Shown: positions 12,358-24,590 of the stretch, in pieces
Numbering within the stretch: position 1 is the first letter of the stretch
How the letters are laid out: each line of letters starts with the position of its first letter
Assembly: GCA_036785375.1 (NCBI GenBank)
Contig: JAWMAR010000008.1
Coordinates: 12,276,001-12,340,000, forward strand
Length of the DNA: 64,000 nt
Source: Leucoraja ocellata
Lineage: Eukaryota
Direction of reading: 5' to 3'
Position numbers and translations under genes: made by a program
Notes under the pieces: model-generated
The model's database searches: none
Told to the model about the DNA's origin: nothing
What the model saw: only the letters and a program-made list of their open reading frames with translations

Positions 12358-12680
12358 TAGAAACAAGGAATTGCAGGTGCTGATTTGCAAAAAAAAGATA
12401 TAAAGTGCTGGAGTAACTCAGCGGGTCAGGCAGCATCTCTGGAGAATGGGAGTCTCTGGAGAATGGGAGGAATGCATTTCGTTGTCTCTGTACTGTACAC
12501 TGACAATGACAATTAAAATTGAATCTGAATCTGAATCTGAATCTGAGTAGGTGACGTTTTGGGTCAGAACCCTTCTCCAGGCTGTTTGTGGGGGGAAGAA
12601 AGCTGGAAGAGAGGAAAGGCAGAACAAAGCCTGGCAAATAATAGTCATATACAGATGATGGGAGGGGAGGATGATAGGCA
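12358..12680 (-). mobile_element. PLE-derived repeat interrupted by a nested non-LTR 3' end with (GAATCT)n tail (12471-12546)
   Basis: ctggagtaactcagcgggtcaggcagcatctctggag...gtgacgttttgggtcagaacccttc flanks aatgcatttcgttgtctctgtactgtacactgacaatgacaattaaaatt(gaatct)4. Confidence 0.75.
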
Positions 12681-12681
12681 G

Positions 12682-12960
12682 ATTTAGTGTAGTTTAGAGA
12701 TACATCACGGAAGCAGGCTCGCTAGACCATCGACCATCGATTACCCATTCACACTAGTTCTATGTTATCCCACTTTCTCATTCACTCCCTACACATTGGG
12801 GGCAATTTTATTAATAGAGCCCAATTAACCTACAAACCCGCCGTCTTTGAGGAAGGAATGTGGGAGGAAACCGGATCACCCAGAGGAAATGCACCTGAGG
12901 TCAAGATCGAACCGGTCTCTGGAGCTGTGAGGCAGCAGTTCAGCCAGCTGCGTGCGCTTC
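12682..12960 (-). mobile_element. tRNA-derived SINE
   Basis: tttagtgtagtttagagataca tail and gaggtcaagatcgaaccggtctctggagctgtgaggcagc head (reverse B box). Confidence 0.7.
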
Positions 12961-14249
12961 CCTACAGATGCTGGAAATCCACAATAAAATCTGAAAATGC
13001 TGGACCACATCTGTGGGAGGTGAGACTGAGGCAAAGTTTCAGGTTGAAGACCCTTCATTAGAGATTTTGTTTTTCTTCCCTAAAATGAAGCCTAACCCTC
13101 TTGAGTATTTCAATCATTTTCTGCTTTTATTGTAGATTTCTAGCATCTGTGGGGAGAATTTGGGCTGTGCATATAGTGTCAGCTAAAATGGAGTCACCTA
13201 CGTTCTGTGTCTAGCAATAGCAACAAACCTCAACCCTTGTCCGTGCAAGAAGTCACAACAGTTATTTAGGCGTCTTCAGTCAATGTGCGAAGTTCAGGTG
13301 ACAGCATTAAGTTGTTTTTCGACTGGGAAAGTTATTTATAATTAAATTCCTTTTTGTTTTGTGGTCTTTTGCTAAAAATAAATAAAGCAAAGGAAGAGAC
13401 GGCTGAATCTAGGATTAGATGGGAAATGCACACCAGTTCAACGAGTTTGAATTGAATTAGGGGGTCACGTCCAGTTAAGGATGTGAGTAAGCCAATCCCT
13501 GAATAAAAGCACAGAGGATGGGGCAGGGAGGCCATGCTCAGAATAATGGGTGGTAGTTGCAAGCTCCCCCCTTTTCCTCATCAGTGTTTCCTTTCCAATG
13601 GCAATTGTGACCTGCATCTGGCCTGGAGGCGTACATCGATAGGATCAAAAACAGGTGGTCACAGCTCCAGTGAGAGGAGAGAGAGAGGAAGAAAGTTTCA
13701 AGTTTAGCTGACACCCTCCATAACCTCTGGAGGGTTTCTGTGTGGGCATTCTGCCAGTAAAGCTTTATGAAGCACAGAGCAACCCCAAGAGGAGCTTCCA
13801 CAGACTCTTCATATACAAACACAAATAAATCTCCCCGGCTTGTGAACCCTGCAGCTCCGTATAAATCAGTTGAAAGCTGGAGTTCACTTCCACCAGCCGC
13901 TGTGTGCGACTTGGCACACCTTCCCCTTGGCCTTGCTGTGTGCATCCTGTGTCCTGCGCACCACACGGTGCAGACTGCTAATGGGACGTGACAAACTGCA
14001 CAACAGTCTTTTGGCTGCCAGACTGCGATGGGGTGAAGCTGAGAAAATGGGTGGGCAGCAACTCAGAAGTCTGACTGCTTTGTGACATTTCCACTGCTGC
14101 CTTTGACGTTTCACCCTTTCCTTGCTGGAGATCGTGTCCGTCCTGTCTCCATAAAAGTGACTGCAGCGTCAGAAACCTTCCCCGCTCTAACTCCAGTTTG
14201 TCCTCCAGTGCAACACAAAGGTTTCAGACGACAATGGTGAAACATTAAA

Positions 14250-14668
14250 CAGATATTAAGTATAAGAGTCAGGAAGTCATTTTGCAGCTTTGTAAAACTG
14301 TGGTTACGCCTCATTTGGAGTATCTGGTTGCCCCATTACAGGGCGGATGTGGAAGGTTTGGAGAAGGTGCAGAAGAGGTTTACCAGAACGCCGGCTGGAT
14401 TAGAGGGTATTAGCTATTAGGAGAGGTTGAACAAACTTGGATTGTTTTCTCTGGAGCATCGGAGATAGAATGGAGACCTAATAGAAATATATTAAATTAT
14501 GAGAAGTATGACTATGGTCGACAGACAGAATATCTTTTACCCAGGGTCGAAATGTCAAAGACTAGAGGGCATAACATTAAGGTCAGAGGCTGAAAATTTG
14601 AAGAAGATGTGCGAGGCAGGCTTTTTACATAGAGTGGTGGGTGCCTGGAGTGCCCTGCCAGGTGTAGT
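14250..14668 (+). mobile_element. CR1-type LINE fragment, cut at its 3' side by the inverted duplication
   Basis: Degenerate YKSQEVILQL...VQKRFTR...LNKLGLFSLEHRR coding remnants. Confidence 0.85.
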
Positions 14669-15039
14669 GATGTACCAGTGGAGCTGTTTCCCTTCACTTA
14701 AATGGACCAATTTCAAAATAGAAAGTTGACACATTTGACAGGGTTGATCTGACCTTACAGTGAGATGGTCATTCTCTGTATTTGGTATGCAGAGAACCCA
14801 TCAAGAGAAAAGTCAGCATTCAACAAACATGGGGCATCACCCACTATCCACCACCGGCTGCAAAATAGCACAGAGAGCATCCAATGAAAATGAGTACAGC
14901 TCTAACAGCGGTTCAGGAAACTTCTCCTAAAAGATAATTAAATAAACAGCCACACTACAATGGCCGCATCTTTAAATAACCCATTACCCTGACAGTGCCT
15001 TCAATTCCACCTAGATCAAACAATGGCTAAAATTTTGGA
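14669..15039 (+). repeat. Left arm of 371-bp inverted repeat
   Basis: Reverse complement of 15761-16131 with about 7 substitutions and no indels by manual comparison. Confidence 0.97.
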
Positions 15040-15479
15040 TGTTCCCCTCCATTCCTTAGCTTTAACTATTCAAACCATGTACAACTCTACATGTTGATGG
15101 TTTATGCTTCAATCAACACTGCCCAGAGGTTTTTGACTGAGTTGCAGACGGATACCCTTGTTGCAACTCCACCTAACAGGAGATCTAATGAAGATCCAAT
15201 GAATCACAACTAACATATTTATTAATTGTGAGGAACAGTCATTGATCAGATTTAATTAACTTTGCTCCGTTGAAGATCAACGATTTAAGAAAAATTTAGC
15301 GTGAAAGTTATAAAGATGAATTAGTAGCAGGAACACGTCACTTTATCATTATAACTGATCTGATTGTAACTTCAACTTGGCATCCTGTCTACAACTTAAA
15401 ATATTCAAAGGCACTGCTTTAATCCCGTTTTGAAGTAGAAAGTAGAAAAATATCTCAGCCGCCACGTCATCTTTGTCCT

Positions 15480-15764
15480 CAAATGGGTGACCTCTTATTG
15501 TTAAACAGCGACCAAAGTGCTAGATACTCACACAAGAGGAAACATCCTCTCCACATCCACCCGCTCAAAACCCCACAGAATCCTCTACTAATCAAGTTCC
15601 CTCTCAGCCTTCTAAACTCCAGCAGATACAAGTCTGGCCTGTCCAATCTTTGCTTATAACACAGCCTGCCCTGTCATATATTAATTCAGTTAACATTTTC
15701 TGAATGTTTCTAACATGTTAACATTCACCCTTACACAAGGAGACCAACACCTAACAGTACTCCA
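15480..15764 (-). mobile_element. Old CR1 fragment in the spacer of the inverted repeat
   Basis: ctctcagccttctaaactccagcagatacaagtctggcctgtccaatct...accaacacctaacagtactcca is typical antisense CR1 ORF2. Confidence 0.7.
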
Positions 15765-16131
15765 AAATTTTAGCCATTGTTTGATCTAGGTGGAATTGAA
15801 GGCACTGTCAGGGTAATGGGTTATTTAAAGTTGCGGCCATTGTATTGTGGCTGTCTATTTAATTATCTTTTAGGAGAAGTTTTCTGAACCCCTGTCAGAG
15901 CTGTACTCATTTTCATTGGATGCTCTCTGTGCTATTTTGCAGCCGGTGGTGGATAGTGGGTGATGCCCCATGTTTGTTGAACGCTGACTTTTCTCTTGAT
16001 GGGTTCTCTGCATACCAAATACAGAGAATGACCATCTCACTGTAAGGTCAGATCAACCCTGTCAAATGTGTCAACTTTCTATTTTGAAATTGGTCCATTT
16101 AAGTGAAGGGAAACAGCTCCACTGGTACATC
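15761..16131 (-). repeat. Right arm of 371-bp inverted repeat
   Basis: tccaaaattttagccattg...gctccactggtacatc is the reverse complement of 14669-15039. Confidence 0.97.
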
Positions 16132-18039
16132 GATTGAGCACAGTGACCAGTGTAAATCGGCACAAACAACATTCTGTAGCCGCAACATCCCACAGTGAAT
16201 GAGATGAATCAATGAATGATCAAGCCGAACGAGGAAAATAATAGAATGGTGTTACATGACATTCAGCTGATCAAAACCATCTCTCAGACCATTTTGGTGT
16301 AATTATGGTCTCTTGATTGCCTCTCCCCACCACCTTATTCCAGTGTTCCCCTTTTATAACAACTAATTTCCTTTAACAATGATTTATAGATTCTGCCTTC
16401 TTGTTGGCAGTCCTGCACTCTATGTCTGGAAACTACATGTTCCCAGCACAGATCATTCCTGTCGTTCTAATATTGAATGCATTTTTGGGAGAGATTTACA
16501 TATTCTGACCACCCTCTGTGTGATGAACGTTTAACATTGCGGCTCTCCAGTTCTTGATTTGGTGCCATCTCACCAACCAGTGGAAAAGATCACTCATCCC
16601 TTCTTCTAACATTGTCTTGTCACCTCTACGCAGCTCAATTGCAAAGGCACGCGGCTTTTTTTCCCTATCCTGCAAATCTCATCAGCTTTATCTTCCACAT
16701 CTAACTAAAATGTGCTGCCAAAATTTGTGTCCAATTGTGTAAGTTGCAGAATTCTGTACTCTTCAACTTGTGTCATGAGATCTTTCTCTCCCTTCGTTGG
16801 ACATGATTGAAAGTCCTGTCCAAAGACCAAATGTCACTCATGGAAAGTAAGACTAATTTAACCATACAGCACCTTTCACAGGGTTTGTTTTAAATTAGAT
16901 TGCAACATCTGGGGAACTATTGAGCAGAGGAGTGGTATTTGATTCCCCCAGGAAGGAAATGTTTGAGGTGTAGTTTGTGACATGTTTAGCAGTCTTACTT
17001 GCAGTTTTTAATATGGAACATAAAAACACTCATATAGTAATCCAGGAGAATGTAGATTGTCCAAATGTAGGAGAGAATTGCAGATTCAAGTTCCAATCCA
17101 TGTGATGCAACAGGCAGTAACAATTGAGGAAACTCTATTCAAATATTCTTCAATTATTGCTGTAAATCATTTTTTTAACCCAGCTTTTAAGCCCTGTCCA
17201 TTTAATGTGCTAATTCTTAAAATGTTGAATTCACAGTGCAGTTGAGGTGGAAGTAAGCAAACCGTTGAATATGGAAGCAGAGCAGAGTGCTCACGACGCA
17301 GACACACAGCAGGGCCAAGTGTTAGAACTACCTCTGTGGACTGATGGGGGGACCTACACTAAATCTTTGATCATACACATACAATGGCACTAAGCCAGCC
17401 CTTTTCCTGATTCCCGCTGCTTTCATGAGGGCACATGACAGCCTTGTCGGAATAGCTGGAGCTACCTCTGGCATCCTGAGCATTGGGCCCCGCCATAAAA
17501 CCTTTCTGCAAGAGACCCCTGGCAAAAACTGGCTAATTCCAGCAGAAATTTTTGCAGAGCTATCAGGAGAAGGGGAGTGCTGGATGCTGCTGCTCTTTAG
17601 TGCAAGGATGCAGCTTAATGCAGTGCCACTGCACTGGACCCAGCTGTTTGTCAACAAGACCAAGAGGTATCTCCTGTGTGTATGAGGATCTCATGGACCT
17701 TGTGTAACTGTGGCCCTCTCTCATGTGCCACTGTTACAGAGGAGGAAGAGCAGTGAGGAAGAAGGCTTGTGATGCGTTATTTCTGTACGTACCTTTAAGT
17801 ACTATTTGTAATCCAATATGTCTAACGTCAATGTGAACAGATTGCCCTGAGCCTTTTCTGGTGTCACTCTGAAGAACTGGAAGAGGAGAGATTTGGAGAT
17901 AATTTACAGAGTCTGTGATGTTCTGGTACTGTGATGGGGCACGGTGCTGCCTGGGAACTGAGCACCTAAATAAAAGAAGGTTAGCTGGAACTCCAGCCGT
18001 GTCTGTGGAAGTCTCCACCTGCAGTGGAGAAGCACAGTT

Positions 18040-18415
18040 ACACAGGAACACAAGAAAATGGGAGCAAGAGAAGGCAACTCGGTCCCTCAAGCCTGCCCGA
18101 CCATTCAATACGTTCACACCTCAACTCCTCTTCTGTGACAATTCCCCCAAACCCTCAATTCTTCAAATTCTTGCATATTTGTCAATCTCCAATTTAAATG
18201 TTGATGTTGACCTGGGCTCCACCATATCCTGGGACTGGGATTTCCGGAGATTCATCAGCCTCTGCAAGAAGAAATTGTTAGGCACCTCAGTTTTAAACAA
18301 CCGGCCCCTTATTTTGTAGCTATGTGCCCTTTTTGATTTGGCTTGACATCAAAATACCCATAGGATCTTATATGTTTGAAAAAGATAACCCCTCATTCTT
18401 CTAAACTCCAAGGAA
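18040..18415 (-). mobile_element. Old CR1 3' fragment
   Basis: cacaggaacacaagaaaatgggagcaag tail; cccctcattcttctaaactcca; acctcagttttaaacaaccggccccttatt. Confidence 0.7.
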
Positions 18416-18969
18416 TATTATATAGGGTTTCATGAGAGGGTAGACGTAGCTTATAGTCTCAGATTATTCTCCTAAGACTCAAATATACAGTGTTCCCAAA
18501 ATAAAATTCAGCTCTACGTAGTTGTTTTCCCATATTTATGCATAAGCTTTCACCTCCCCCTCGCGCCCCCTCCGCACCCCACGCCAGCTGCAAAGGGTCT
18601 GGATTGCACGTTGCTGCACTTCTCGGCAGTGCCTCTCCACAAGAGGCTGGCAGGAAGTATAAACTGAGTGATTCTAGCCAGATGTGTGTCCCCTGCCCCC
18701 AGTCCCGACATGGACCCCCTTCCTTCAACGTGGCACTCCATCTAGTGGCCTGCCTCGGAATTGACAGATTGCCCCAAATCGGGACAAGTGACATTTGGAC
18801 TCCCAGGTATCCTTTTCATCCTCCAAGTATCAAGCTCCCCTGACTGGGAGCTTCCTGTGCTCTGTGGTTACACAATTATTGTGTGGGCAGCGAAAACACA
18901 ATTCATCCCAGCTGCTTCAAACTCTGGTAAAACATTAGGTTTTGTTTCCAATGTTCTCCCCACATCTTC

Positions 18970-19176
18970 TGGGGTACAGTTCCCTGGTGAAAGTCCCTAT
19001 GCGTGCCAACTCTGTGGAAGTACCAAGTCACCCCAGGCTACAGTTTCTGGTGTTGCCGACTCTGCCCAGGATACAGTCCCTGAAGGTACTAATTTGCTTG
19101 GGGTACAGTCCCTAAAGGTGCTAGTCTTTCAGGGGTATATCCCTGAAAGTGCCGACGTTCCCCGGAGTACAATCCC
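18970..19176 (+). repeat. Degenerate ~32-bp minisatellite (ggggtacagtccctgaaggtgccgac...)
   Basis: tacagtccc-like cores at 19072, 19104, 19136 and 19168 (period 32), with weaker units upstream. Confidence 0.75.
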
Positions 19177-19324
19177 AATTGTGGTAGAGGTTTCAAAGCA
19201 TTAATGCTTACTATGAGGGACGAGGCTGCAGGTTCGGCGGGACATGACTGTGTCTTACATGAGAGGCAACTCCATCATTTCCATCTGAAGTCAATAGCAA
19301 CAACTTTTATTTTTCTGAATTAGA

Positions 19325-19445
19325 ATTGCATTTCTATATCACCTTTCGTGCCCCTAAAATGATGCTTCAATGCAAATTGCTGCCAATAAAGTGCTTTTGA
19401 AATATATTCACTGTTGTAATGCAGGCCAGTGCCACAACCAGCAGA
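19325..19445 (-). mobile_element. Ancient DeuSINE/L2-tail-like fragment
   Basis: ttgcatttctatatcacctttc...gccaataaagtgcttttgaaatatattcactgttgtaatgcagg resembles the recalled SacSINE/AmnSINE 3' part. Confidence 0.45.
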
Positions 19446-19841
19446 ATAGAAAATATTTTTACGGGACAACTTGAAATAACAGTGCTTGAATCTTTTGCAT
19501 CCAAGTGTGAGAGCAGATGGAGCCTTGCTGTAAAGTCAGCTTCTCTCTCGGGTCACACACCCACTTTTGCATACATAATGCCTCTCTATGGTCGTAAAAT
19601 GTCTTTCGGAACATCACCAACACGTTTACAGTTGTATAAGGCAAGGACATATGAAGATAGGTGATGAGAAGTTTTGTCAAAAACTTAGATTTAGAGGTAA
19701 AGACGGTATATGAGGGCTATTGAGAGAATGCAGATCATGGAAAGTTGCAGAACTAGGGAAGCTTACTTAAATAGGGAGGTTCTTCTGATGGTAATATTTA
19801 AAAACAGCCTCCCAGATATGTTAACTTTACCCGTTCCCTAA

Positions 19842-20050
19842 AGGGCCTGTCCCACTTGGGCGTCATTTGCGCGTAACGCAGGTGGTGCGCGAAGATTTTG
19901 TGAATCCCAAAATCCTGGGGCGCCACGAGCTAGAACGCGCGTCACTGCCTACGCCACCACGTCTCACCATGCACCATGCGCGCGTGACGCGTAAATGATG
20001 TCGCGTCGTGCGTCGGGACGCATAAATGACGCACAAGTGGGACAGGCCCT
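19842..20050. mobile_element. PIF/Harbinger-type MITE (209 bp, CpG-rich)
   Basis: TIR AGGGCCTGTCCCACTTG...CAAGTGGGACAGGCCCT, extending imperfectly inward (cgtcattt/aaatgacg). TAA TSD at 19839-19841 and 20051-20053. Confidence 0.9.
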
Positions 20051-20369
20051 TAAGATCTTCACAGTAGTTTAGCTGCTCTAGATATTTAATTGTGCCTTTA
20101 TATTAAATGTCAGAATATTTGTGGTGCCAAATCTGATCATGGTTTTGACAGATTAGCCCATAAATCAAGAGGCAAAAAATTGAAGTGAATTAAGGCTGTG
20201 TTGCTGGAGAATTTTGTATCTTTATGTTAGAAGTTAATCCTGTGCAACTGCCTCAGTCATGGTTTATGAGCATGCAAGAGACACTGGAAGCCCAGAGTCA
20301 TTGATACAGAGTTAATTGACATCAGTTTTAAAACTGTCATGTCCCAAAAACAGGAATGAAATTCACATG

Positions 20370-20492
20370 GATATGTGACGTTTCGCGTCAGGAGCCTTCT
20401 TCAGACTGAATTCTTTAGCGTTGCCTGACTCACTGAGTTACTCAAGCACTTTGTATCTTTTTGAAAACCAGCATCTGCAGTGCATTGTGTCT
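20370..20492. mobile_element. PLE-derived repeat: minus-strand core fused to plus-strand tail
   Basis: gtgacgtttcgcgtcaggagccttcttcagactg followed by gcctgactcactgagttactcaagcactttg...ccagcatctgcag. Confidence 0.65.
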
Positions 20493-20799
20493 CAGTGAAA
20501 CTCACACCTTATGGACATGTTGGTTGAGGATGAATGTTGACTCGGCCATGAGGGGAACTTTGCTGCTCCGCCTTGAATCATCTTCCGTGTCTAGCCTGGG
20601 ACTGGATGAAGCTTCAGTTTATCATCTTATCTGGAAGCCAGTACCTATGTCAGTGCAGAATTCCTCAGATCACGCTAACATTGACACAAATTAGCAATGT
20701 TGAAGCAGACTGGTTGAGATGAAAGGTCTAATGCTGGTCCTGTGACACTAAGCCACTGACCAGGAAACCTGAGTGGCATGTTGGTAAGTTAAACCAGGG

Positions 20800-21500
20800 C
20801 AGGACATGTTGTTGTAGAACAGAGGGGCTTAGGGGTACACTTTCCTTGAAAATGGCGACTCACGTGGTCAGGGTAGTGAAGAAGGCGCTTGGCATGCTTG
20901 CTTTCATCGGTCATGGCATTAAGTTCACAGATGCCATGTTGCAACTGGTCAAATCATTGGTGAGACCACACTTGGAGTTTTGTGTGCAGTTCTGATCAGC
21001 CATCAATGGGAAGGATGGCATTAGCCGGAAAGGGTACCAAAAAAGTTCATGAGGATGTTACTTGGACACGAGAAATTGAGTTATAAGGAGAGGCTGGATA
21101 GGTTATTTTTTCACTGGAGTGGAGGGGGTGACCTTACAGAAGTATATAAAACCATTAGGGGCATAGATGAGGTGAATGGTCACAATCTTTTTCCCAGGTT
21201 GGGGGAATCTAAAACTAGAGGACATAGATTTAAGATGAGAGAGGAAAGATTTATAAGGCATTTGAGGGGCAGGTTATTCACTCAGAGTGGTGGGTATATG
21301 GAACAAGCTTCCAGAGGACGTTGTAGAGGTGGACATAGTTGCAACGGTTAAAATCGTTTTGGATACGTTTGTGGATAGGAAAGATTTTGAAGAAATGTGG
21401 GTCAAGTAGAGGCAAATAGGACTAGTTCAGGAAGGCACCTTGGTCGGCATGGATGAGTTGGACCGAAGGGCTTGTTTCTGCACTGTATAACTGGATGATT
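20800..21500 (+). mobile_element. CR1-type LINE fragment
   Basis: LVRPHLEFCVQF remnants; ORF 21049-21351 LSYKERLDRL...LFPRLGESKTRGHRFK; CR1 3' UTR gaccgaagggcttgtttctgcactgtataact. Confidence 0.88.
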
Positions 21501-22121
21501 CTTTGACTTAATCTCTTGCAATAGGGGTTCTAAAAAAAGTGGACAACTTCAAAAGACCTTCACATACATTGAATAGTAATTAGTAGGAAGATTTGACAAA
21601 CATCATGGATGCCAACATGGTTCAGGCAGGAGCAGAAAGCCAAGGCTGACAGCAGCCCAGATTGTAAAAGATGAAATAAGGGTGAGCTGGCAGCCCTGCA
21701 GATCCACTGCTTTTCACATGGAGAGCCAAATGGCATATTAAAGGACTCCTGGCATTTAAACAGTCAAGTATTTCTGTTGAAGAGTGGCTTAATAGTTCCA
21801 TGATAATGAGTGCCAAGTTATAAAGAAATAAGTTGACTAAAAGCACCCATTCCAAATTAATCGTCTTTCCACAAAATGGATGTCAAAAATTATAGAAGCC
21901 GCACTAATCTGACATCACTGCTTGCAGTCACAAGATTACTTTAATGACTCCAAGTTAAAGACACCAATTGTACTTAGAGATGTTATTTTGATGGTACGGA
22001 TGGTTTCTAATTAGGATGTTTGGGCAGAGTCAATGCCCTGAGTGAGATGCCAGCCAAAGGTTAAATTCTTATGATAATGTATTTTGCTGTTTTCCAACAG
22101 TTTCCAACAATTCCAAAGGAG

Positions 22122-22216
22122 CCGACATTCTCCTCGGGGTATAGCCCCTGAGGGTGCTGACACTCCCCCGGTCTACAGTCCCTGGAAGTGCCGACTCTTC
22201 CCAGAGTACAGTCCCT
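22122..22216 (+). repeat. Second array of the ~32-bp minisatellite seen at 18970-19176
   Basis: gccgac...ggggtatagcccctgagggtgctgac...tacagtccctggaagtgccgac...gagtacagtccc (3 units). Confidence 0.7.
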
Positions 22217-22474
22217 TTTCTTAATACAAGTCTCTCTTCTTTAATGTTTATCCTCCTTCTGCAATCATTCATATTGTGAGCCTGATCAGATAATTTATAT
22301 TTACTATATAAGTTCCCGATGTATTTGCAACGCCATAAGATCTTGCTGCACAGAGCGACGAATGTCATGGAATCTTTGAGACTCGGCCATGAAAGAAACC
22401 ATTCGGCCAACCGTGTCCACACCAATCAATGGGCACCTGTCTGTATTAATCCCATCTTCCAGCCCTTGATCCGT

Positions 22475-23090
22475 AGTATAGGAGCAGGGAGGTTCTACTG
22501 CAGTTGTACAGGGTCTTGGTGAGACCACACCTGGAGTATTGCGTACAGTTTTGGTCTCCAAATCTGAGGAAGGACATTATTGCCATAGAGGGAGCGCAGA
22601 GACGGTTCACCAGACTGATTCCTGGGATGTCAGGACTGTCTTATGAAGAAAGACTGGATAGACTTAGTTTATACTCTCTAGAATTTAGAAGATTGAGTGG
22701 GGATCTTATAGAAACTTACAAAATTCTTAAGGGGTTGGACAGGCTAGATGCAGGAAGATTGTTCCCGATGTTGGGGAAGTCCAGGACAAGGGGTCACAGC
22801 TTAAGGATAAGGGGGAAATCCTTTAAAACCGAGATGAGAAGAACTTTTTTCACACAGAGAGTGGTGAATCTCTGGAACTCTCTGCCACAGAGGATAGTTG
22901 AGGCCAGTTCATTGGCTATATTTAAGAGGGAGTTAGATGTGGCCCTTGTGGCTAAGGGGATCAGGGACTATGGAGAGAAGGCAGGTACGGGATACTGAGT
23001 TGGATGATCAGCCATGATCATATTGAATGGCGGTGCAGGCTCGAAGGGCCGAATGGCCTACTCCTGCACCTAATTTCTATGTTTCTATGT
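22475..23090 (+). mobile_element. Young CR1-type LINE 3' fragment with uninterrupted ORF2 C-terminus, nested in an older CR1 remnant
   Basis: ORF 22504-22998 LVRPHLEYCVQFWSPNLRKDI...FFTQRVVNLWNSLP has no stops; tail tttctatgtttctatgt. Confidence 0.95.
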
Positions 23091-24436
23091 CTTCAATGCT
23101 TAAGCAACTCGGGTGATCATCTGGAGTCCTCTTAAATGCTGTTAGTGACTCTGCTTACACCACTCTCCCAACCAATGTATCCCAGATACTCACCATACTG
23201 GATAAAAAAGGTCTCCAGTAGATCCCTTCTGAATCTCTTCCCTCGTCGCCGAGACTGCTCTTTTGTTATTCAGCTCTGAGAAGAAGAAAGGAAAATTGCA
23301 TAGAACATGTAACTTTTGATTAAGTATTGTTTGAATTGTCACCTGTGTTGGAAAATTGTGATCCCAGTTTGTGACAAACTGGGAAGCAAGGTTTTTGGGA
23401 AGGAAGTGCACACCTGGAATTTCAATAAATAATTATAAAAGGAAATAGAAAACCTGAATTTGTGGCATCTCCAGTTGAACCTTTACAGTAGAACAAATGG
23501 ACACAAGTTCGCAAGAGGTGATTTAGACAGTTTGTCACCGCAATGAACATAGGGTACATACTGTAAATCAGAGAGCCCATGCCTGAGGATTAGTTGAAGT
23601 TGTGATGGAGAGCTGTGTGCGTCTCGTGATGATTATATAATTTGCTGGGCTGTGCAGCATGTCTGTTCAATTTTGTGAGGTAAGTCTTCAGCAGTCAAAC
23701 GGTTTCCATCCATTCAGCTGACGGGGCAGTTGCTGGCACTGAGGGATGACTGATTATCCCTGCAGCTGTTATGCCTCTGGATATTTGCTCTTTGTTCACA
23801 GATTATTACCAAAACCTCTGGTTCAATCTAAATCGTAAAAATTTCCTGCTTCGCTTGTCTGAAAATCACACGCAGGGGTAATGGAGTAAAACATCCATGT
23901 GCAGGGCAAGCAGTGCTCAGGGCAATTACGCAGCAGAGTTGACAGGCCTCTGCTTGCAGGGATTCTCTGTAGGAAAGAGAGCGTGTCACTGCAGGGAGCA
24001 GACATGTCCTCGGACAGAGCACTCCATGGGATCCCAACTCCGGGTCTAGGATTGAGAGAGGATTCATGGTCTGAATCCAGAACCAAAGGAATTCTTGCTT
24101 GGGCACAGAGTAACAGATTGGTGCCATAAACCCAGTGCATAATTTTAAATGGTTGTTTCGAGATACTGAACTGAACAACTCAAGATATTAATGGAGCCAA
24201 CCTCATGTAACAGGACACAAATTTTTTACACTCCCTTGATAATTGCATGTAATAATCTCATCAATAATCGCTGGCAGTGATGCCTTATCAATACCGTTAA
24301 TCCCACCATTGACGATCTATACATTCCCAATTGGTTCTTCCAAACGCTACACTTTGTCTCAGAAAATCTGCAGGTCAGTTTTTTAGAAGAAAGATTATTC
24401 CAATGTGATCCTTATTTTTATTTCTTTCCCTCACAG

Positions 24437-24590
24437 GCTCTATTAGAAGATCAGACTTTGAAGAGACAGATCGAGATTGAGATAACACCTGTCTTTCTTG
24501 TGCCAGACACCAATGGATTTATTGATCACCTCCCCGGTCTGGTCAAACTGCTGGAGACCAGACTGTACATCATCGTGGTCCCACTTATTG
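24437..24590 (+). CDS. SMG6: SMG6 coding exon: start of PIN domain (ALLEDQTLKRQIEIEITPVFLVPDTNGFIDHLPGLVKLLETRLYIIVVPLI)
   Basis: Polypyrimidine tract tttttatttctttccctcacag, donor G|gtaaac. Contains PIN motif FLVPDTNGFIDHL with the first catalytic Asp. 154 nt, ends in phase 1. Confidence 0.96.

Noticed and set aside
13538-14314. Cluster of overlapping ORFs in a moderately GC-rich region
   Set aside because: No recognisable protein motifs or convincing exon structure; could be regulatory but cannot be supported from sequence alone.
22504-22998. 164-aa intact ORF
   Set aside because: C-terminus of CR1 ORF2 in a young 5'-truncated copy, not a host gene.
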